A DNA stretch of 64,000 nt, taken from positions 4,588,001 to 4,652,000 of the forward strand of contig OX442314.1 in NCBI GenBank assembly GCA_949358305.1. Direction: 5' to 3'. Position 1 is the stretch's first letter; each line of letters starts with the position of its first letter. The notes under the pieces are model-generated. The model ran no database searches, was not told where the DNA came from, and saw nothing but the letters and a program-made list of their open reading frames with translations. The translations under genes were made by a program, and so were the position numbers. This document shows positions 34,796 to 44,596 of this stretch, piece after piece. Source of the DNA: Strigamia acuminata. Its lineage: Eukaryota.

Positions 34796-36762
34796 GTCTC
34801 AACAGTATCTTGCAATCCAAACCTTACAGTTGCGAACTGACAACTATCCCACTTGGTTAATAATTTTAATTATTTGCAATGTACAAAAATGTGCGTACTA
34901 TGCCTGAAATTATGCACACTCGTCATTTAAAAATGATCGAAATTTGCAATAGGGTCCAATTAATCACTTAACGTAGATATGACATCCCAAACGTAGCATA
35001 CACGTTCGAAAACGTACAATTTTAGCATCAAAAACAGTTTTTCTTTGCATCAAATTCTATTTTTGGGCCGAGAAGCCAATTAAACGCCTGTCTCAATGAT
35101 CGCCTTGGGGGTCGAGTGTTTAAAAAGATTAAACGTTTGGGCGTTTATTCGGAGCTATTTACACTATTTTTGCTACATTTGAGTTCACAGGTTGACACCA
35201 GTTACACCTTTTAACATCATGTTAAGTGTAACAAGTATTGATAATTGTGTATCATACACCTCTCATTTCTAGCAATTTATATTGAAATTTTATCATTCAC
35301 AACATTTAAAAATATAAATTTACCACCCTTTTATCAAAAATAAACTTTAAATTTGTCTTCATTCGTGTAATTGGATTATTAAAATTGGTTTATATTGCTC
35401 GTATTCTGTCAATCAATTTTTCCTTTTGTCGCCTACATATTTAATCTCGATACTGTGTCAGTCGGGGTCGAGGGAAAAAGAAATAATTCATTTTTATCCC
35501 TCTAAATTCTAATTCCATTGGTTTACAGAGATCTTTGGTATTCGTCCACCAAACTTAATTCGTACACCAATAATAATGTACTTACCGCGAACAGGGAAAG
35601 TGTAGTAGCAATATAAATTTCTTGACGATTAAATAAAAATAAGTCACAATTCACAGCGCGGCGAAGCAACCGCTGATGTGCTTTTCCGCCGCCATTGTCC
35701 TCTGACCTCGTTTTCGTCAATCATCGTCCCGCAAAAATGGAGACTTTCGTTGACCTTTTTCTTTGCTCTTTTTATCAGAAAATAATAACAAAAATAATGA
35801 GAAAAATTGTTTTAACCAAAAAATTTGCTTTGATTCGGTTGGTGACTCGAGAAACGCGGAAACCGAGTCGTTGACTTTGTTTACTCGCCACTAGATGGCA
35901 GTCGCGAAACCTAAAAATTTAGCCAAGACAACTCAACTGCAAAAGGTTTGTAGCCGGTCACTGGCAACAGACATCTACATGGCCTAGCTCAACCCCACCC
36001 TGCCAGAAAGAGTTGATGGTTTTGAAATAATGATCCCACTATCATCAACCAAGATTCAAGAACAGGAGATTCTGGCTGATTTTATACATGGAACCAAGTG
36101 GGTATATCATCTAATTTTCTACGTTGTCTTTTATTACAACTCTTTTTTTTCCACATACACACTATACAAATCAATTTATTTTATTTTGTTTCGCCATTTC
36201 GGAAAGGATGGTCTATTTAAGGAAGCTTCAATTAATCCAGTCACGCATTTTTGTGGATTTTTGAACGTCTCTCACAAATGTATGTACAAAACATGAAGAA
36301 AACGTGATACAGTAGAAACGGAAGTTTTTGGTTCTGAATGCAAGAACCAAGAAAGATTTACACTTCACAAATGAGAATTTGGAGTTAACTGATGTATTTT
36401 ATTAGCGAAAGAATTAAAAGGTTGCCTAGGAAATGCTAGGCAACCTAACAATGTACATAAATAGAGTACTATTTAGATCTCAGATTATTTAGTAACAATA
36501 TGTAAAATGGTGGTTAAGATAAACAACAAAAACATGATAAAGACATGATAGAAACCTGACATAAACGTGATAGAACCATGACCAAGATGTGATCGAAATG
36601 TGATCAAATGTGACTAAAACTTGACTTTTTTGGATAAAATCCAATTCAATCAATTGGAACTTAACCTCATAGCCTGTTCACACCAAAATTTTGGATCTCG
36701 TCCTCATCTTCAGTGAAAAGCTATTTTTTTTAATTCACGCTTTGAAAGTGCGCATTGAAGAT

Positions 36763-37393
36763 TGTGGTGATTCGGCATCACCTGAAGAAGTAATTAGCGG
36801 TGATTATTGTGTTACTAATACTCGCCACTAGAGCGCGCTAGAAATACCGACTAGACTGACTAGTCTCGTGTTTCTGCGAACCTGCATAATCGGAAGGATT
36901 TGCATATGACGTCATTTCCGGTTAGTATATAACGCCGATACTTGACCGGAAACGACACTACAGTTACCACATTTCAGCAAGAGCACCATTTACCTCACCT
37001 TTCAGGCCGTTTCACGGATTGATCGAGGACCGGTGCCCGCTGACCATCTCAACTGTACAACAGCCACATTTATTTAGCGTAGCCAATCTACGCTAGAATA
37101 AATATTCGAACGATATTCGTTTAATTCGCACGAGAAAGCGAATTCTCGCGTGTTCATAATAACACGTGGAAATACCCTAGACAACAAACATAGACCACGC
37201 GTAGGACTAAACAATTGGATCCGCCATTGTTTAGCGGCAACTCGTATTCGCAGCCGAATCCGAGGACCAACACAGAAAACATCTTGACTTATATTTGTAT
37301 TAGTAAGCGTGTTTTAATAAAGCAGTATTTGAAATATATTGTATTCCCGAGTGTATTATTTATTATCTTTAACCACAAAGTCGAATCACGACA
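36763..37393 (+). repeat. 5' LTR of element B
   Basis: Repeat of 47922-48552. Contains ATTTGCAT, TGACGTCA, TTTCCGG and TATATAA at 36898-36932. Confidence 0.97.
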
Positions 37394-37395
37394 CG

Positions 37396-37413
37396 TGGGG
37401 GCCTGTCCGGGAT
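37396..37413 (+). promoter_or_regulatory. Primer binding site of element B, tRNA-Pro-like
   Basis: TGGGGGCCTGTCCGGGAT, 2 nt after the LTR end. Confidence 0.88.
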
Positions 37414-37485
37414 AGATTTGCTAACCTTAAGACAATACTTTAAATAATAACCGGGATCTTTCGATCGATCATTATATCGTAAGAA

Positions 37486-40332
37486 ATGACAAAAACTACC
37501 GCAGAAGATAGAAAAAGGCGTAACGACGAAAAGGATAGAAAAGAAGCCGAAGAAATCGAACGCCAAAAAGCGGAAGAAGCGAACCACGTGGAACCAGAAG
37601 TCGAGACTAACTCGACTAAAGTTTCAACGGAATCATCAAGTGAAAGCCTTCCCCTTGCAAGACAACTTCCGTTTACGGGAGGCGAATTCGAAGGATCAGG
37701 AAGCTCTCACGAAGAAAACGGACTAAATAAATCGTTCGAAAACCCTCGATTCGGATTGAAAAGCCCAAGACCTGTCGAAAAGGATCCCAGTGAAATGGAT
37801 CTAATGACTCTTCTAAATAAAGCGGCAAACACAAGTGCCGCAATGATCAACGAGGCTGCCCGCGCAGACCAAGCAAGAACAGTCGCGTTAGAGAAGAAGA
37901 AAAACGAATTGATGGAAGATTTAGCCAGAGAGCATCGCGAGAAATTAGCTGCCATGGAACAGAGCTTGGCACAAGAACACCAAGCTAAACAAATGGCACT
38001 GGAGCGCGAGCTGGCTCGAGAATTGCTCGCGAAGCAGAAAATAATCGAACGAGAAATGGCAAAGGACTGCCAGATCCGGCCGCCAAGCAACGGGTTAAGC
38101 CAGCATTCGGAGCCAAACTCCGTACAGAGCTCCCCAGAACGGTCTCACACAGCTAAGGAGCTGGTAGCCAAAGCAATAGAAGTAACTCGGGTAGCTTGCG
38201 CACACGGCATCGAGATCGACCAGGACAAGGATCCCTACGCAGAGCTAAGCCGAGTAATCGACCTAGTAAATCAGAGGACTGAAAAACGATCGGCAGATAA
38301 CACGGCCAGACGCGGAGAGAAACGACGTCGGGTCGGAGCAGATCGACAACAGTCCGAGACAGGCGGCGAAGCAACGTCAGACAGCGAAAGTATCGACTCT
38401 CAAGCATCTCACGGCAGTATCCGAGTCAACGGACTAGATAGCATCTTGAACGAATCGGACGAAGTCAAAGGAGAACTGTACGAGGCGTTTATACAAGATA
38501 GGAGGAATAATCAGGGCGCGCAATCATGGGCAATAAAAAACTCATTCGCAATGAAAACTGGCCAAACCAGTAATAACAACCCAGGCGACCCTAACGCAGA
38601 ACTAATCAGATGTATAAATCAGAAGAATCAAATACGCAACGAAGTAGGTCAAAATAAACTGGCCATGCCGACGCTCGAGGAGATTAACGCAGTTAAAAAT
38701 CACCTCGAAAAGAAACACGCCGCCGAAGCGTATGCTGGGAGAGATTCCTACGTTTTTATCAAAAAAACGAACGAAGGCCTCACGGGGACCCGACTGGACG
38801 ATCTGATACCGCCCGGAACAAAGTTGAGCCAAACCTCCGCTCCAGAGAAAGCGAACCCAGATAACTCAACCATAGCGCAAGACCTCACGAATAACCCGAA
38901 CACCGCGGGATCATCAGGGAAAACGTCGTTCCAACACAATCAGTTCGGACTGACGGGCAACGGTACGCATTACCCAAGCCTCCCTTCCGACAATCCACGA
39001 TCATCACCGCTGCTTAGTGAGACTGACTCGCTAAGCAACCAACTACGGACGATGAGAGACGAACTCCTTCAGGCCATGGACCAAAAGCTTCAACAAAGCC
39101 GTGGCCAAGAGACCGAGGAGGACGATCGAAGCGAAGGATTGTTGAAACGTTACTCCGCAGACCGATGGCTGTATTCTCGCAAGGATAACAACATCAAGTG
39201 GACGACCCTGAGACTAATTAAGTTCGACGGATCCTGGAACGCCGGCAACTTGTTTTTGGACGAAGTCGCCCTGACGATTAATCGCTTAGGAGCGGAACCC
39301 GACGAAATGGTTGCACGCGGAATACCAGAAATGCTGATCAACCGGGCCCGAAACTGGTACGCTGATGTCCAACCCCGAAACTGGGAAGATTTCGTCATAA
39401 AGTTCCACAATCAATATGGCGAGACGAGCCAAGAAATCCAGAAAAGAGTAAGCTCTATGAAGCAAGCTCCCGGGGAAACTCTGAGGGAATACGTACAACG
39501 AGCCGACAGCCTGTTCCGTGAAATGGACAAACCATTTGACCAACACGCTCAGAAAGCTCTCTTCGAACAAGGACTAAACGAAACCGCAACCAAAGTCCTA
39601 CGAGAAATGAACGCTCCTAAGGGGGATAATTTCAAAGCCATCCTAGCTTTCGTCGAGAAGAAACACACCGAAGTAAATGCTCGGTATAACGAAAATCTGA
39701 CAAAAGAAGAGCGAGCTCTAGGAGTGGCCCGACAGCAACGAATACAGGAGCGCAGCATAGACTCCACTAAGCTGCTCCAATCGCGAAATTATCTAAACGG
39801 AAGTATAGAGCCACTCCCCTCAAAGAAAAACCAACAAGCTTCTAACCCTTTACCACCTCCGAGTAAGGCCTATCGCACGCAAACTAACGCCGCCGAGGAA
39901 AAGTCGGAAGACGAAGTAAGCGAAGACTCTGAGCAATTCTCGGAAAGCGATGAGGCTGACGAAGGTATCAACGATGTGGTACACGCAAACATGGGGAAGG
40001 AACTGGCGCCCAGCTACCGACCTCAGATGAAGTCCAGAAAATCGGAACACCACAACCCGAAAACAGAGGCGACTTCCGAGAAGAAGGACTACCCCAAAAA
40101 ACCTTTTGAGCGGGAGGGAAAGAAGAAAAGCCCTTGTAATTTCTGTAACGAAGACGGCCACTGGCGTCAGGCCTGCCCAAAACTGGCAAAGAAAAAAGCC
40201 GACGACAAGGCCGCAGAGCGTGAGGAGCTAGTGAAATTGCTCGCGAAGGAACAAGACAAAATCTTGAAGGAACTCACCGCCAAACTCGACAGTATGACAA
40301 AAAACTGGAACTCGCGGGCGGAACAAAAGTGA
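37486..40332 (+). CDS. gag: Gag of element B (948 aa)
   Basis: Capsid-like 'ARNWY..WEDFVIKF..MKQAPGETLREY', zinc knuckle CNFCNEDGHWRQAC. Homologous to Gag A. Confidence 0.93.
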   Translation: MTKTTAEDRKRRNDEKDRKEAEEIERQKAEEANHVEPEVETNSTKVSTESSSESLPLARQLPFTGGEFEGSGSSHEENGLNKSFENPRFGLKSPRPVEKDPSEMDLMTLLNKAANTSAAMINEAARADQARTVALEKKKNELMEDLAREHREKLAAMEQSLAQEHQAKQMALERELARELLAKQKIIEREMAKDCQIRPPSNGLSQHSEPNSVQSSPERSHTAKELVAKAIEVTRVACAHGIEIDQDKDPYAELSRVIDLVNQRTEKRSADNTARRGEKRRRVGADRQQSETGGEATSDSESIDSQASHGSIRVNGLDSILNESDEVKGELYEAFIQDRRNNQGAQSWAIKNSFAMKTGQTSNNNPGDPNAELIRCINQKNQIRNEVGQNKLAMPTLEEINAVKNHLEKKHAAEAYAGRDSYVFIKKTNEGLTGTRLDDLIPPGTKLSQTSAPEKANPDNSTIAQDLTNNPNTAGSSGKTSFQHNQFGLTGNGTHYPSLPSDNPRSSPLLSETDSLSNQLRTMRDELLQAMDQKLQQSRGQETEEDDRSEGLLKRYSADRWLYSRKDNNIKWTTLRLIKFDGSWNAGNLFLDEVALTINRLGAEPDEMVARGIPEMLINRARNWYADVQPRNWEDFVIKFHNQYGETSQEIQKRVSSMKQAPGETLREYVQRADSLFREMDKPFDQHAQKALFEQGLNETATKVLREMNAPKGDNFKAILAFVEKKHTEVNARYNENLTKEERALGVARQQRIQERSIDSTKLLQSRNYLNGSIEPLPSKKNQQASNPLPPPSKAYRTQTNAAEEKSEDEVSEDSEQFSESDEADEGINDVVHANMGKELAPSYRPQMKSRKSEHHNPKTEATSEKKDYPKKPFEREGKKKSPCNFCNEDGHWRQACPKLAKKKADDKAAEREELVKLLAKEQDKILKELTAKLDSMTKNWNSRAEQK

Positions 40333-43300
40333 TTCCACATCCGCTCGCGATAACTTCGAAAACGATGGACCTTACTCTGGTGGAAAAACAAATTAAAGAA
40401 ATGGAAAAATTGTTGGAATTCTTCGAGGAAGCTGCCAACGAGGAAGTCACAACTCCAACCAAAAAACGGAAATTCGAAATTAGAGACGAAGACGGTATAG
40501 CCAACGCTTTCATGACTTTGCCGCTTGACCAAGGGGCCAATCCTCTTAAAAAGCGAATACTTCGTTGCAACCTATCAACAGAAGCGAAGAGCGTACTGGC
40601 TAAAATACCAGTCTCTTTCGGCAAAAAGGTGTTAATGGGACTACTCGACTCGGGAGCGGATCAGTCGTTTATCTCCACCGACTTATTCGAATCACTCGAA
40701 GAAAAAATACAGAAAAAATTACGGGGAATGAACGAGAACATTCGAGTTCTTACAGCAGCGGGAGAAGTTAGAGCAGTGGGGACGTTATCAACCGATTTTG
40801 TATGGGAAGGAGGCACGATTAAGCATTTCTTCATCGTGTTACCAACCCGAGACACAATCCTGCTGATAGGAATGGATTTGATGGAACGGATGAACATCCA
40901 GCCCAACCCAGTCACACGTTCGTGGAATTACATCGACAACCACGAGGACCCACGACTACCCATAATACCTCCGGAACTCCTAGACAAAGCTAAGGACGAC
41001 GAGGAATGGGGAGGAGGCGAAATTAAGAAGTTCATCCAAGACTATAATTTTAAGTCGTTTAATACTATCCTCCAAGAGGAGAATTTAATACATAATCTGG
41101 CCATGGACGCCAATCTTGGAGAAGAACAAACGAAACTCCTCGAGGAAATGCTCAAGAAGCACTCGAAGAACTTAAATAAAGATCCAGGAAAGACTAGTTA
41201 CGTAATGCACGAGATCGAATTGGTTACGGGAAAACCGGTGCGAGTACCTTTTAAAACTATGAATCCCCAAAAGAGACATATCGTAAGAACGATGTGCAAC
41301 GAGTTGCTCGAAAAAGGGATCGTGTCGCACGCCATCGGAGAATATGGAATGAGGATTGTCCTCGTCATGCGACCAGGCTCCGAACCGCGCCTCTGCATCG
41401 ATTATAGACCTTTAAACGCCATAACCGTCATCGACCCCATCCAAATGCCGTCAATAGAAGCGATTCTACGGGAGCTCGCCCCATTTAACTGGGTCACGAC
41501 CATGGACTTGTCCAAGGGTTACTGGCAGGTTGAATTGCGGGAAGAGGATAAAGAGAAAACAGCTTTTTGGGCACCACAGGGTCGACTGATGTTTAATGTA
41601 ATGCCCTTCGGGTTAGTAAACGCACCCGCCACCTTTCAAAAACTAATAGAAAAAGTTCTCGGCGATGCCTTACACAAATACGCATGGGCTTACCTCGATG
41701 ATATAGTCATAGTCTCCCAAACTTTTGAAGACCACCTGATACACGTGAATGACGTCATGGAGCGACTCACAAAAGCCGGTCTAAACATTCATCCAGGGAA
41801 AAGTAAATTTTGCCGCAAAGAATTGGCATTCCTGGGTTACACAGTCGGAACAGGTGGCCTATCCATCGACCCGAAAAAGACCCAGGCGATTAGCCAGTTC
41901 CCCGCCCCGGAAGATGTAAAAGGAGTCCAACGTTTCATGGGCATGGTGAATTTCTTCAATCGATTGCTCCCAAATTTGGCAGACGTCGCGGCACCCATCA
42001 CAGATCTGTTACGCAACGATAAAGATTTCGAGTGGACTGACCACTGCGAAACATCGTTTAACAAGATAAAACAAATGCTGATCGATGTAAAACGAATTCC
42101 CCTACCAGATCTTAATCGAGAATTCACTCTTCACACCGACGCCAGTCGAATTGGCCTAGGTGCTGCGTTGCTTCAAAAGCATGACATCGACGGAGTAGTG
42201 TTAGAGGTCCCGACGATGTTCATCAGCCGGAAATTACAAGCAGCCGAAAAGAATTATAATGCGACAGAGTTAGAATGTCTAGCCGTCGTCTGGGCAATCC
42301 GAAAATTCAGACCATACCTGGAATTTACCAAGTTCAACGTACAAACTGACCACGAAGCACTAAAGTGGTTAATGGCGTTGAAGGAACCGTCCGGAAGAAT
42401 GGCTCGCTGGCAGCTAGAATTAATGGCTTGTGACTTAATCATTGAATACCGACCCGGAAAATTCAACGTCGTGGCAGACGCCCTCTCACGAGCCCCAGCT
42501 TCAGACCCCGAAGACGAGACCGACTGCGGAGAGGACGACTCACGCCTCTTCTACTGTCCGAACCCCGTCCGAAAATGGGAATTTAAAAAGCTAAACGAAT
42601 TACCCAAGGAGAAACTCGAGTCAGGAGACCAAAATTATTACAATTATTGGCTCCGAGCATACCAGTCTGTCAAGGACGCTCACCCAAATTACGAGCTAAC
42701 GATAGAACCTCGAATCTCCGACAAGTACGTTCGAGCATTCGTCGCCCACGTAAGCAAGGGGACGAATAGTAAGCCGCCCACCAGGGACGAATTAATAGCC
42801 GCCCAGATGACAGACGACTTCTGTAAAACTTATCGAAACTTCATCACAGATAAAAAATTTCCCGACGAGAATTTCGACGAAATCCAACGCGAAGAATTCG
42901 AAAGAGAAGCCTCCACGTACTTAATCGAGGATGGACTTCTACTAAAACACCACCCGAATTTCCGCGATGATCTGACGGAGACGGGAACTTCGATGAAAGT
43001 CGTTATACCCAGGAGTCTGCTGACAAGGTTTCTGTGGATGGTCCACGGACACCCGCTCGCCGGACATTCTGGAGTGGCCAGAACGATCTACCGAGCAAAT
43101 CAACTTTATTTCTGGCCAAAAATGACCCGAGATATCGTTCGTTTTATTCATCACTGCCCCAGATGCCAAGCGTGCAAGCCGAGGACGCCCAAGAGCTACG
43201 AGAGAATCTCACTTGGCCCTTTCGCACCCTTCGATTGCTGGAGCGTGGATTTAATGGGCCCAAAGCCCACGTCATCCAATAAAAACAAATATATATTAGT

Positions 43301-44411
43301 AATCATGGATGTCGCGACTGGATGGCCCGAACTCTTTCCAATGGAGAGACCAACTAAGCAAAAAATCATTCGATGTTTGTACGAAGTGGCGCTTCATTTT
43401 GGATTCCCTCGAAAATTAATCTCCGATAATGGACCACAATTCGCGTCAAATTTGTACAAAGACTTCTGTAAAAAATTCGACATCGAGACATCATATACAT
43501 CAACCTATAATCCACGGGCCAATCCCGTCGAAAGGTTAAATCGCGATATAAAATATGCACTAGCAATTTTCACCGATGTTCACTCCAGCTGGGACGAATA
43601 TCTTCGTGAAATTGCCTTCAGCATCCGCACAACGATCTCAAGGAACCGCAAATTTTCTCCCGCGTTTCTAAACTTCGCTCGGGAACTCAGAGTACCCTGG
43701 GACCCACGAATACCGGAGGAAATACTGGAAATTGATCCTGAGAAGCCTCATATTTATGTCGACAGACTGGAGCAAATAATTTCGGCCACTTATCAGCACA
43801 TGATGTCACACATATTCGACATGAGAGATCGTATTAGCATTGCTGGAAAGGATCGGCCCTTCTGCAATTTTAAAGTCAATGACCTCGTCTGGAAAGACAC
43901 ACATATTCAGTCCAGCGCCGATAAGGGGATCCACGCAGGCTTAGCAGACAAACGCGACGGCCCGTACGTCATACTCGAAGCCCACGGCGGAAACGCTTTC
44001 AAGCTAAAAAGATTGGCAGATAACGTTAATTTTAGATCGATCCACGCCCGAGAATTAACTCCATACTTACCTGAGTTTCCTCAAGAGGCTTGGACGGAAT
44101 ATCAGACGAAACCAGCGCAAAATCCAATTATTCGCGACATGTTTTTAGATGAACAAACTGGCCCAACCAATTTAGTTCAAGATGAGTCACACGAAGCGGC
44201 CGACGCCCCGGATGAGATTTCGGAGAGGGAGGAAATAGTCGAAGAATCTCCTAAAAAAGGAAAGCAATCAAACAAAAATAAGACTACAAGAATCCTCAAA
44301 CCTGATAAAATATACGGTATGCGTCGACACAAGCCAAACCCGTTCATAAAAGACGGGAAACTCGTCGGAAAACAAAAAGCGACTCCGGCCATTGTCTCAA
44401 ACAATCGATAA
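40299..44411 (+). CDS. pol: Pol of element B (PR-RT-RH-IN), entered by -1 frameshift at AAAAAAC 40299-40305
   Basis: LLDSGADQSF, YLDD, TDAS, HHCC, SDNGPQF, GPY motif; uninterrupted 1360-aa ORF. Confidence 0.97.
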   Translation, partial: KKLELAGGTKVIPHPLAITSKTMDLTLVEKQIKEMEKLLEFFEEAANEEVTTPTKKRKFEIRDEDGIANAFMTLPLDQGANPLKKRILRCNLSTEAKSVLAKIPVSFGKKVLMGLLDSGADQSFISTDLFESLEEKIQKKLRGMNENIRVLTAAGEVRAVGTLSTDFVWEGGTIKHFFIVLPTRDTILLIGMDLMERMNIQPNPVTRSWNYIDNHEDPRLPIIPPELLDKAKDDEEWGGGEIKKFIQDYNFKSFNTILQEENLIHNLAMDANLGEEQTKLLEEMLKKHSKNLNKDPGKTSYVMHEIELVTGKPVRVPFKTMNPQKRHIVRTMCNELLEKGIVSHAIGEYGMRIVLVMRPGSEPRLCIDYRPLNAITVIDPIQMPSIEAILRELAPFNWVTTMDLSKGYWQVELREEDKEKTAFWAPQGRLMFNVMPFGLVNAPATFQKLIEKVLGDALHKYAWAYLDDIVIVSQTFEDHLIHVNDVMERLTKAGLNIHPGKSKFCRKELAFLGYTVGTGGLSIDPKKTQAISQFPAPEDVKGVQRFMGMVNFFNRLLPNLADVAAPITDLLRNDKDFEWTDHCETSFNKIKQMLIDVKRIPLPDLNREFTLHTDASRIGLGAALLQKHDIDGVVLEVPTMFISRKLQAAEKNYNATELECLAVVWAIRKFRPYLEFTKFNVQTDHEALKWLMALKEPSGRMARWQLELMACDLIIEYRPGKFNVVADALSRAPASDPEDETDCGEDDSRLFYCPNPVRKWEFKKLNELPKEKLESGDQNYYNYWLRAYQSVKDAHPNYELTIEPRISDKYVRAFVAHVSKGTNSKPPTRDELIAAQMTDDFCKTYRNFITDKKFPDENFDEIQREEFEREASTYLIEDGLLLKHHPNFRDDLTETGTSMKVVIPRSLLTRFLWMVHGHPLAGHSGVARTIYRANQLYFWPKMTRDIVRFIHHCPRCQACKPRTPKSYERISLGPFAPFDCWSVDLMGPKPTSSNKNKYILVIMDVATGWPELFPMERPTKQKIIRCLYEVALHFGFPRKLISDNGPQFASNLYKDFCKKFDIETSYTSTYNPRANPVERLNRDIKYALAIFTDVHSSWDEYLREIAFSIRTTISRNRKFSPAFLNFARELRVPWDPRIPEEILEIDPEKPHIYVDRLEQIISATYQHMMSHIFDMRDRISIAGKDRPFCNFKVNDLVWKDTHIQSSADKGIHAGLADKRDGPYVILEAHGGNAFKLKRLADNVNFRSIHARELTPYLPEFPQEAWTEYQTKPAQNPIIRDMFLDEQTGPTNLVQDESHEAADAPDEISEREEIVEESPKKGKQSNKNKTTRILKPDKIYGMRRHKPNPFIKDGKLVGKQKATPAIVSNNR

Positions 44412-44596
44412 AAACAACCACAGGGGGGACACCTGTTACGTCCCACAATGCGTCTTAATTGGCCAAACCAATCAAAGATGACATGAGACTAATAGTTAAC
44501 CTCTAACCCGACCCACATTTATCACTGTCATCTCCGACTAAGCGACGATCACCTCGAGGCAGCCGTAAATCAAAGTATCAAATTAATTTCCGAAAA

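Noticed and set aside
35640..36380. Separate small host gene or promoter between the ENaC paralogues
   Set aside because: A CpG-richer patch and short ORFs, but no recognisable product or consistent exon chain.
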